A stretch of DNA of 64,000 nt from positions 348,891 through 412,890 of the forward strand of contig OZ252023.1 in the NCBI GenBank assembly GCA_965247425.1, written 5' to 3'. The notes beneath the pieces are model-generated. The model did not search any database, had not been told where the DNA came from, and worked only from the letters and a program-made list of their open reading frames with translations. Below are positions 56,654-64,000 of the stretch, in pieces (within the stretch, counting starts at the first letter, position 1; every line of letters begins with the position of its first letter). The DNA comes from Terriglobia bacterium. GTDB lineage: Bacteria > Acidobacteriota > Terriglobia > 20CM-2-55-15. The position numbers were made by a program, and so were the translations under genes.

Positions 56654-58391
56654 CCCGCATAAATCACCGAAAGGACCAGAAAAGGCCGCCCTGTTTGGCA
56701 TAAATCGTTTGTCGAGAACGGTTCAGAAACCAAACGGAGGCGGCCCTTATGAGTACAGAGTGTAAACAAACCACGTTCGAATTTCACGGACTTCTTCAAC
56801 GAAAAATGAAGGCGCGTTTCGACGGCGGCAAGATCACGTCTGACGCTGGAGTTCTGCTGCTGCGTGAAGTCGAAAAGCGGACCGGTTTGATCGATGGATT
56901 GGCGGGGTGTTTTAGCGATCATCGCGACCAACGGTTGATCGAACACACCGTGAAGGAGCTGTTGGGACAGCGGGTCTACGGGCTGTGCCTGGGATATGAA
57001 GACCTGAACGATCACGATCAGTTACGGACCGACCCGATGCTTGCGTTGGCGGTGGACAAAGCGGATCCGCTGGGAACGAATCGACGACAGGCCGGCGACT
57101 GGGGAAAGGCGTTGGCGGGCAAGAGCACGCTAAACCGATTGGAGTTGACCGGCGCCGAAGTCGGCGACCAGGAGCGGTACAAGAAGATCGCTATGGATGG
57201 GGACAAGATCGATCGTTGGATGGTCGATGCGTTTGTGGCAGCCCATAACAACACGGCGCCCGAAGAGATCGTTCTGGATCTGGACGCGACCGATGATCCG
57301 ATCCATGGTCAACAGGAAGGCCGGTTCTTTCACGGCTACTACCGCAACTACTGCTATCTGCCCTTGTACATCTTCTGTGGAGAGCATCTGTTGTGCGCTC
57401 GGCTGCGCCCGTCCAATATCGATGGGGCGGCAGGATCAGTCGATGAATTGGAACGTATCGTCGGCCAGATCCGTCAGAGCTGGCCGGACGTGTCGATCAT
57501 CATTCGGGCCGATTCCGGATTCTGCCGGGATGCATTACTGGACTGGTGTGAAACCCACCAGGTCGATTATGTGATGGGGTTGGCCAAGAACGACCGCCTC
57601 AAGCGAGAGATCGCTGACCAGATGATTCAGGCTGAAGCGGAGTTTCAGACCACTGGGAAATCGGCACGAGTGTTTAAGGATTTCCTGTACCGGACTCGAA
57701 AGAGCTGGAGCCGCACTCGTCGCGTTGTTGGCAAAGCCGAGTTCCTGGCCAAGGGCGCCAATCCCCGATTCGTGGTGACCTCACTGCCACCGGAACGACT
57801 CGGAGCCCAAGCGCTCTACGAAGATTTCTATTGCGCACGCGGCGACATGGAGAACCGGATCAAAGAACAGCAACTGGATCTATTTGCCGACCGCACCAGT
57901 GCGGGAACCATGCGCGCCAATCAGCTCCGACTGTATCTGTCCTCAGCCGCCTACATGCTTATGCAGGCGTTGCGTCGTCTCGGTCTCAAAGATACCGCGA
58001 TGGCCCATGCCCAATGCGGAACCATCCGTCTGAAGCTTCTTAAGATCGGTGCGCGTATCCGCCTCACGGTCCGCAACGTCTGGATCTCGATGTCGGAGGC
58101 CTATCCCTATGCCGACGTCTTTGCTCTCATAGTGAGAAACCTGCAATCAATTCCGCTTCGTTGCTGACGACACCGAACCTTCAGATCCGAAAAACAGCGC
58201 CTCTCATCTGCCTCCCGGCGAGGCCTGCCTGCACTCGCCCATTCATGCCGATCTCCCGCCAAATGTCGCCGTGTCACAGGCTCAAAATCCGCCAATGTCC
58301 ACGGCTCGCTCACTCTCAGCTCCAAGTCTCGCCGCAAATCGCTTCTCGTATCCGAACACTGATCGATTCTCCGATTGGTGATCCATCCGGG
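56654..58391 (+). mobile_element. IS1380-family insertion sequence, copy 2 (1738 bp, CTAG target duplication)
   Basis: Inverse duplicate of 23576-25313. CTAG at 56650-56653 and 58392-58395. The flanks reconstitute ccmC. Confidence 0.92.
56749..58167 (+). CDS. IS1380-family DDE transposase
   Basis: 472 aa, identical to the copy-1 protein except D to N (AAHDNT versus AAHNNT). Confidence 0.88.
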   Translation: MSTECKQTTFEFHGLLQRKMKARFDGGKITSDAGVLLLREVEKRTGLIDGLAGCFSDHRDQRLIEHTVKELLGQRVYGLCLGYEDLNDHDQLRTDPMLALAVDKADPLGTNRRQAGDWGKALAGKSTLNRLELTGAEVGDQERYKKIAMDGDKIDRWMVDAFVAAHNNTAPEEIVLDLDATDDPIHGQQEGRFFHGYYRNYCYLPLYIFCGEHLLCARLRPSNIDGAAGSVDELERIVGQIRQSWPDVSIIIRADSGFCRDALLDWCETHQVDYVMGLAKNDRLKREIADQMIQAEAEFQTTGKSARVFKDFLYRTRKSWSRTRRVVGKAEFLAKGANPRFVVTSLPPERLGAQALYEDFYCARGDMENRIKEQQLDLFADRTSAGTMRANQLRLYLSSAAYMLMQALRRLGLKDTAMAHAQCGTIRLKLLKIGARIRLTVRNVWISMSEAYPYADVFALIVRNLQSIPLRC

Positions 58392-58800
58392 CTAGATGCG
58401 AATACGACGAAGAATCCGATGTAGCCCACCAGGCCGGCCGACACGTGGAAGTAGAAAATCCGTTGAACGGTTCCCATGGTGGCTTCGGTGGGGGCGTAAA
58501 CGAACACGGCCAAGGTGGCGGGAATCAATACAACCAAGACCATCAGGGAACCCGCTGTCCCCCCCAGTATTTCGGTGTGTTGCCGGTATGCCGAACGAAA
58601 CAGGTCCCAAACCGTGTGAACCCACAACTTCATGAGATCGAGCGTTCCACTCCGGCATGCATCACGGCACAGATCCAGAAACGCCTGTTCCAGTTTCTGC
58701 GAATATGAAACGCGAAACTCCCTGGGATAGACTCGGGTCAACAACCGGTACAGACGCCAGGACCAAACGACGACGCGGGGGTCCCCGCTGACATTGGGTG

Positions 58801-59172
58801 TCATACCTTCACCAACTTCCTCGCCCTTACAACCTGAACCAGGCGCGTGAACCTCTCGGCCTCGGCCGTGGCGACTCTTCGACCAAAACCCGTCAGCCGG
58901 TAATAGCGTCGTCGTTGATCATCCATATCCGGATCCGGCCGTTCGTCCGACTCTTCGATGAGCGTTGCACCCAGCAGACGCTTGATGGATGTATACAGCG
59001 TTCCCGGTCCCAGTTTGAGGCTCCCTTCCGTCAATTCCCGAACGTGATGCATGATCGCGTAGCCGTGGCGGTCCGCATCAGTCAGGGACAGCAGGATGTG
59101 GAAGTCCGCATGGTTCAGAGGCAACAGACTTGAAAGATCTTTGTCGTCGGCATCGTATTTCCGGGTACGCAT
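58801..59172 (-). CDS. PadR-family transcriptional regulator
   Basis: Start at MRTRKYD (cat at 59170-59172). FHILLSLTDADRHGYAIMHHV...GTLYTSIKRLL...RRYYRLTGFG. ATGA overlap with the prefix::ccmC start. Confidence 0.85.
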   Translation of the reverse strand: MRTRKYDADDKDLSSLLPLNHADFHILLSLTDADRHGYAIMHHVRELTEGSLKLGPGTLYTSIKRLLGATLIEESDERPDPDMDDQRRRYYRLTGFGRRVATAEAERFTRLVQVVRARKLVKV

Positions 59173-59309
59173 GGGGAGTACTGTATCATAGATGGATATA
59201 TCATATATAGATATATTGGCCTTTCCTGAAAAATGCGATGATGATCGACAAGTAGCCGCCCTGACTATATTCATTGACACTATATTCATATGGGCTATAT
59301 ATTCGAGTC
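59173..59309. promoter_or_regulatory. AT-rich divergent PadR/PadR control region with phased direct repeats
   Basis: GATATAT at 59195 and 59210. ACTATATTCAT at 59264 and 59279, plus a variant at 59294 (15-nt phasing). TTGACA (59274-59279), 18 nt, TATATT (59298-59303), then 6 nt to the ATG at 59310. Confidence 0.5.
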
Positions 59310-59672
59310 ATGACTGACAAGCACACTGACGTTGCTGCTCTCCTCCCTCTTCCATCCGTCACGTTCCACATTCTGATGGCGCTTGCAGGCCAGGACCGCC
59401 ACGGGTACGCGATCATTCAGGAAGTCGCGGCCCGAACGAACGGGGAGGTCCGCATCGGTGCGGGCACCTTGTATCGTTCCGTTCAGCGAATGCTCGAACA
59501 GGGTTTGATCGTCGAAACCCGGGACCGGCCCGCACCGGACCTGGACGACGAACGGCGTCGCTATTACCGGATCACGTCGTTCGGTACCGGCGTGGCGAAA
59601 GCGGAGTCTCGCCGTCTGGCACTGATGCTCAAGCTGGCACGCGCCACCGGTTTCGCCCCGGGGAGGGTTTGA
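59310..59672 (+). CDS. PadR-family transcriptional regulator
   Basis: MTDKHTDVAALLPLPSVTFHILMALAGQDRHGYAIIQEV...GTLYRSVQRML...RRYYRITSFG. Confidence 0.9.
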   Translation: MTDKHTDVAALLPLPSVTFHILMALAGQDRHGYAIIQEVAARTNGEVRIGAGTLYRSVQRMLEQGLIVETRDRPAPDLDDERRRYYRITSFGTGVAKAESRRLALMLKLARATGFAPGRV

Positions 59673-62257
59673 TGCGTCTATACCGAATCCTCCTCTTCAT
59701 TTATCCGGCCGCGTTCCGTGCGGGATACGAGGAAGAGTTGTGTCACGTGTTCAGTGAACGGCGACGGGAGTCCACGACATTCCTGTCGCTGCTCGGGCTG
59801 TGGCTCGAGACCCTCGGAGACCTCCTGTCAAATGCCCTGCGGGTGCACTGGGACATTCTTCGCCAGGATCTTCGCTACGCGTTGAGAACCCTCGGGCGTG
59901 CGCGCGGCTTCGCTCTGACCGCCGTCGTCGTCACGGGGCTTGGCATCGGAGCCAATACGGCTGTCTTTTCGATTACCGACCACGTCCTCATTCGGCCGCT
60001 GCCCTTCGCCGATTCCGAACGACTCGTGAAGATATGGGAGAGCCCCCGCGAATACTCGCGAATGGAGGCGTCGCCACCCAACTATCGGGACTGGCGTGAA
60101 CGAAGTGCGTCCTTTGAAGCGATGGGGGCGTACTTTGCCATATCAGTCAACCTGCTCGGTATCGGCGATCCGCGGCGACTTCAAACCACGAAAGTGACAG
60201 CGGACGTTTTTGCCTTGCTGGACACCGGCCCCTTCGTCGGGCGGGTGTTCAGCGCCGATGATGATACCGAAGGCGCGCCCGGTACGGTCGTGCTCAGTTA
60301 CGGATTGTGGCTGAGGGAATTCGGTGGGGATAGAGCAGTGCTTTCGAGGGAACTTCGTCTGAATGACTCGACCTACAGCATCATCGGGGTGATGCCTCCG
60401 AATTTTTACTTTCCGAGCCGGGAAACGGCACTCTGGATGCCGATGCAACTCGGAAGCCAGGACTTCGAAGATCGGGACAACAACTACTTTCAGACGATAG
60501 CGAGGCTGAAACCCGATGTTTCGCTGGAGGAAGCCCGTGCCGAGATGTCGATCATCGCGGGGCAACTGGAACTCGAGTATCCCGAGACAAACACCCGAAC
60601 CGGCGCGACGGTTCGCTTTCTTCGAGATGAAGTTCCTGAACAGTCCCGGCTGCTGCTGGCGGCGCTCTTTGCTGCCTCGGCGTGCGTGTTGCTGATCACC
60701 TGTACCAATCTGGGAAACCTCCTTCTTGCCCGGACGTTGGGACGGCGAAAGGAACTGACGATTCGTACGGCGATCGGCGTCGGCCGGGAAAGGCTCGTGC
60801 GCCAGTTGCTTACCGAAAGCCTTGTCCTGGTTTTTCTTGGGGGAGCCCTGGGCGTGCTGGTCGCCATTATGGGGTTGCCACTTCTGACACGGCTCGTCCC
60901 GATGTCCCTTCCGATTGGCGATCCGGCCGTGCTCGATTTTCGCGTGCTGGTCTTTGCCGGTGTACTGACCGGCCTGACAGGAATCGGATTCGGGGTGATA
61001 CCTGCCCTTCGAATCTCGATCGGTGCTCGCGCGAAAAGCCTTCTTGAAATCCGAAACGCCGGAGTCGGCGGACGAAACCAGCGGTTCCGTTCCGTACTGG
61101 TGATTGTCGAGGTCGCGTTGTCCCTGGTCCTGCTCATCTCGTCCGGTCTGTTGATCCGGGCCCTGTGGCAGGTCCAGGACATCGATCCAGGTTTTCGCGG
61201 TGAGGACGTGCTGACCCTGCGGACCGAGTTGCCGATGCCGAAATACTACCCCACGGCCCGACGCGCGCAACTCTACACGCAGGTTCTGTCCGAGGTCCGA
61301 AGCCTGCCAGGCGTGTCGAGCGCCGCCTACGTCAGCTTCCTTCCGATGGTCATGCGTGGAGGAGTCTGGCCGGTGGGAGTCGATGGCCTTGATGTGGATG
61401 GTCCGCCCGACAGAGCCATCCTTCGATATGCCACACCGGACTTCTTCGAGACGTTGTCCATCCCCCTGACGGCCGGCCGGGACCTCAGTGAATTCGACAC
61501 GGATGATGTCGCTTCCGTCGCCGTTGTCAGCCAGTCCTTCGCTCGCCGGTACTGGCCTGGCGAGGATCCCCTGGGCCGCAGCTTCAGCTTCGCCTTTCGA
61601 GACCGGGTCGTCGCCGGTGTCGTGGGTGACATCCACGTCCGGGGCCTCGAGGCGAGGAGCGAGCCTCAAGTCTATCTGCCCTATAAGCAGGTTCCCGACG
61701 GCTCGATCATTTTTTATGCACCGAAAGACATGGTCGTCCGTTCTTCGCAAGACCCCGATTCGTTGATCCCCGACATCCGCCGTATTGTAGGAGAAGCCGA
61801 CCCGGAACTGCCGGTGTCGGATATACGTCTCCTTGCCGACATCGTCGATTCGGAAACCGCACCCCGCCGGACCCAGATCATCGTGCTCGCCGCGTTTGCC
61901 GCTCTGTCCATGTTGCTGGCGGGCATCGGCATCCACAGCCTTCTTTCTTTCGGGGTGTCCCAGCGTACCGGCGAAATAGGGGTCCGGATGGCAATGGGGG
62001 CACGGTCCGGCGACATTCTACGGATGGTGTTCCGGGAGGGTGTGCACCTTGCCGTTGTTGGCGGTGTGGTGGGCCTCGGGGCTGCCTACGCCGCCGGCCG
62101 GACGATGGAGGCGCTTCTGGCCGGCGTCAGGCCAGGCGATGCGGTCACGTTTCTGGCTGCCGTCGGACTGGCTTTAGCCATGACCGTCACGGGGAGCCTC
62201 CTGCCGGCCCTTCGTGCGGCCCGTGTGGATCCGACCGAGGCGCTTCGCGCCGAGTGA
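59672..62257 (+). CDS. ADOP-family permease with N-terminal prefix domain (type D)
   Basis: The ATG overlaps the PadR stop (TGATG); the tracked ORF uses TTG at 59669. Prefix LYRILLFIYPAAFRAGYEEELCHVF, then LRQDLRYALRTLGRARGFA. C-terminal LLPALRAARVDPTEALRAE. Confidence 0.9.
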   Translation: MRLYRILLFIYPAAFRAGYEEELCHVFSERRRESTTFLSLLGLWLETLGDLLSNALRVHWDILRQDLRYALRTLGRARGFALTAVVVTGLGIGANTAVFSITDHVLIRPLPFADSERLVKIWESPREYSRMEASPPNYRDWRERSASFEAMGAYFAISVNLLGIGDPRRLQTTKVTADVFALLDTGPFVGRVFSADDDTEGAPGTVVLSYGLWLREFGGDRAVLSRELRLNDSTYSIIGVMPPNFYFPSRETALWMPMQLGSQDFEDRDNNYFQTIARLKPDVSLEEARAEMSIIAGQLELEYPETNTRTGATVRFLRDEVPEQSRLLLAALFAASACVLLITCTNLGNLLLARTLGRRKELTIRTAIGVGRERLVRQLLTESLVLVFLGGALGVLVAIMGLPLLTRLVPMSLPIGDPAVLDFRVLVFAGVLTGLTGIGFGVIPALRISIGARAKSLLEIRNAGVGGRNQRFRSVLVIVEVALSLVLLISSGLLIRALWQVQDIDPGFRGEDVLTLRTELPMPKYYPTARRAQLYTQVLSEVRSLPGVSSAAYVSFLPMVMRGGVWPVGVDGLDVDGPPDRAILRYATPDFFETLSIPLTAGRDLSEFDTDDVASVAVVSQSFARRYWPGEDPLGRSFSFAFRDRVVAGVVGDIHVRGLEARSEPQVYLPYKQVPDGSIIFYAPKDMVVRSSQDPDSLIPDIRRIVGEADPELPVSDIRLLADIVDSETAPRRTQIIVLAAFAALSMLLAGIGIHSLLSFGVSQRTGEIGVRMAMGARSGDILRMVFREGVHLAVVGGVVGLGAAYAAGRTMEALLAGVRPGDAVTFLAAVGLALAMTVTGSLLPALRAARVDPTEALRAE

Positions 62258-62419
62258 GTTTCTTAGGCTTCCGCCACAGGCTGCCAGGGTCCTCAGTCCG
62301 AAATACCGTCACTATCTCCGATCGATGTTGCCGAACACAGGATAGTCTGCTTTGGTGGTAGAATATCAGACACTATGACACTCCGTTTATCGGCCCGCGG
62401 AAGTCGTGAAAGGAAGCTT

Positions 62420-62740
62420 ATGACATTCATGACGTGGTTCAGTGTGTACGGGTCGGTCAAGCAAGCAATTCAAGACGTAATCGCGCCGGAAATCCAGGCC
62501 TTGAGAGGAGACATCCACGCAATCGATGCTCGATTCGACGGTCTCGAAAGGCGTTTCGACCAACGCTTTGATCAAATGGACGTCCGGTTTGATCTGATGG
62601 AAAGGCGCCAGGATCAATTCGATCGGCGGATGGAACAGTTGGAAACACTTTTCCGATCGACGGATCAGCGTTGGCATGTCGCCATCGACATCCACGAGCG
62701 TCTCGCGACTGTCGAAGCCAAACTCGATAGACTCCAGTAA
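62420..62740 (+). CDS. hypothetical small coiled-coil protein with RFD repeats
   Basis: AAGGA RBS 5-6 nt before the ATG at 62420. One N-terminal hydrophobic segment, then ARFDGLERRFDQRFDQMDVRFDLMERRQDQFDRRMEQLE. Confidence 0.45.
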   Translation: MTFMTWFSVYGSVKQAIQDVIAPEIQALRGDIHAIDARFDGLERRFDQRFDQMDVRFDLMERRQDQFDRRMEQLETLFRSTDQRWHVAIDIHERLATVEAKLDRLQ

Positions 62741-62770
62741 CAACCATTCGAACACAGAGATCTGGGAAAT

Positions 62771-64000
62771 ATGGCGCCGGACTATCTGTCTCAGTTGCCT
62801 GACACGAACCCTGAAGAAACAGCCGAATGGTTGGAATCGCTGGAGAGTGTGGTTCACGCTGGAACCCGCGATCGTACCGCGTACCTGCTGCGGACCATCG
62901 TTCAACGAGCGAGGCATCTTGGGATCGATCTGCCGGTCGGGGTTCAGACTCCCTACATCAACTCCGTTCCAGCCGAAGACGAACCCGATCTTCCCCTGAA
63001 CGCCGATCTGGAAAAACGGATCCGCCGCTTGATTCGTTGGAACGCCATGGCGATGGTCCACCGCGCTAACGAACGCATTGAGGGCCTCGGGGGACACCTA
63101 TCCACCTACGCTTCGTCGGCGAGCCTGTACGAGGTCGGTTTCAATCACTTCTTCCGCGGACCCGATGCGCCCGGAGGAGGCGACCAGCTGTTTATCCAGG
63201 GTCATGCAGCGCCGGGCATTTACGCGCGGGCGTTTCTCGAAGGCCGGTTGACTGAGCAGGATCTGGACCACTTCAGGACTGAAACGGCGGGGCACGGTCT
63301 GCCTTCCTATCCCCATCCGTGGCTCATGCCGGACTTCTGGCAGTTCCCCACCGTATCGATGGGCCTCGGGCCGATTGCCGCCATCTACCAGGCCCGTTTC
63401 AATCGTTACCTCGAGGATCGCGGCCTGAAAGAAACCTCCGGCCAGCGAGTCTGGTGTTTCCTCGGCGATGGCGAGACGGATGAGCCGGAATCTCTGGGTT
63501 CGTTGTCGATTGCGGCTCGCGAGCAGCTCGACAACCTGACCTTCATCGTCAACTGCAACTTGCAGCGCCTGGACGGTCCCGTGCGCGGTAACGGGAAGAT
63601 TATCCAGGAACTCGAAGCGGTGTTTCGAGGTGCGGGTTGGAATGTCATCAAAGTGGTCTGGGGCCCCGAGTGGGATCCGCTTCTGGCACGAGATGACGAT
63701 GGGCTTCTGGTCGGGCGGATGAATCAGGTGACCGACGGCGAGTTTCAGAAATACAGCGTGGAGACCGGCGCCTACATACGAAAGCATTTTTTTGGAAGCG
63801 ACCCGCGCCTCCTGGCCCTCGTTTCGGATCTCGATGACCGGGATCTCAAAAAGCTGCGACGTGGTGGCCATTCGTTCCGGAAGATCTACCCCGCCTTCAG
63901 GACGGCGACCGAACGTCGTGGCCAGCCCACTGTGATATTGGCGAAAACCGTCAAGGGCTGGACCCTCGGAAAGCGTTTCGCGGGTCGAAACGTCGCCCAT
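62771..64000 (+). CDS. aceE: pyruvate dehydrogenase E1 component (homodimeric type), 3' end outside window
   Basis: My own translation from the ATG at 62771 is open to base 64000 (410 codons): [24 protein letters not shown]...[24 protein letters not shown]...[24 protein letters not shown]...[14 protein letters not shown]...[22 protein letters not shown]. It is not in the ORF track because it has no stop inside the window. Confidence 0.9.
   Translation, partial: MAPDYLSQLPDTNPEETAEWLESLESVVHAGTRDRTAYLLRTIVQRARHLGIDLPVGVQTPYINSVPAEDEPDLPLNADLEKRIRRLIRWNAMAMVHRANERIEGLGGHLSTYASSASLYEVGFNHFFRGPDAPGGGDQLFIQGHAAPGIYARAFLEGRLTEQDLDHFRTETAGHGLPSYPHPWLMPDFWQFPTVSMGLGPIAAIYQARFNRYLEDRGLKETSGQRVWCFLGDGETDEPESLGSLSIAAREQLDNLTFIVNCNLQRLDGPVRGNGKIIQELEAVFRGAGWNVIKVVWGPEWDPLLARDDDGLLVGRMNQVTDGEFQKYSVETGAYIRKHFFGSDPRLLALVSDLDDRDLKKLRRGGHSFRKIYPAFRTATERRGQPTVILAKTVKGWTLGKRFAGRNVAH

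Larger units (their letters stand above)
56151..58804 (-). pseudogene. ccmC: prefix-domain::CcmC (heme exporter protein C) fusion gene, interrupted by IS1380-family copy 2
   Basis: The upstream piece 58396-58804 ends ...VQRIFYFHVSAGLVGYIGFFVVFA. The downstream piece 56151-56649 carries WAKPIWGIWWTWDARLT and RTQHP. Removing the IS plus one CTAG rejoins them in frame (..VVFASSIGFLLKRD..) as a 303-aa protein. Confidence 0.85.

Noticed and set aside
23572-58395. 31-kb composite transposon bounded by the two IS1380-family copies
   Set aside because: The inner and outer flanks of copy 2 rejoin into an intact ccmC frame with a single CTAG. Copy 2 therefore inserted on its own, and there is no outer-only target duplication.
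63098-64000. 300-aa minus-strand ORF in the track
   Set aside because: It lies antisense to an uninterrupted plus-strand AceE (E1) reading frame with many family motifs. Its composition is Arg/Gly-rich shadow sequence typical of high-GC antisense frames.

Overview
GC-rich bacterial chromosomal segment (GC not computed). The density of PadR regulators paired with ADOP/MacB-like orphan permeases points to Acidobacteriota or a close relative. I support about 45 protein-coding genes or pseudogenes and found no rRNA, tRNA or CRISPR array.

Layout:
- 1-5.7 kb: EgtB-like enzyme (5' partial), aldo/keto reductase, secreted CxxCH protein, S51 peptidase.
- 5.8-11.4 kb: mobile-element graveyard with an IS21 (istAB), a permease fragment, and a tyrosine recombinase plus a broken IS91-type transposase.
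- 11.4-23.3 kb: two PadR/ADOP modules (one frameshifted), a frameshifted GNAT, penicillin-acylase family protein, TauE, SpmA/B-like protein.
- 23.6-25.3 kb and 56.7-58.4 kb: two near-identical 1738-bp IS1380-family copies in inverted orientation, each flanked by CTAG.
- Between the IS copies: an IMPase-like protein, ABC-2 exporter operon, DUF1028, GDPD, two more PadR/ADOP modules, a retropepsin-like protein, an ankyrin protein, a DUF1592-family cytochrome-type protein, a lone flagellin with a near-consensus sigma-28 promoter, GlcG-like protein, GlyRS, tandem M42 peptidase, fused membrane/spermidine-synthase, and a DDAH-like enzyme.
- 56-64 kb: ccmD; a ccmC split by the second IS copy; a divergent PadR pair; another ADOP permease; a small coiled-coil ORF; and aceE (3' partial, on the + strand and absent from the ORF track).

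The most interesting signal is a recurring two-gene module: a PadR repressor translationally coupled to a membrane protein that carries an N-terminal 'prefix' domain. It occurs six times. PadR subtype tracks prefix type, and in one case the prefix is fused to CcmC instead of a permease.

Other signals: two small MITE/REP-like repeat families, one of which carries a perfect 22-bp x 6.5 minisatellite and a nested palindromic element; and a CTAGCTAG frameshift that matches the IS target duplication.
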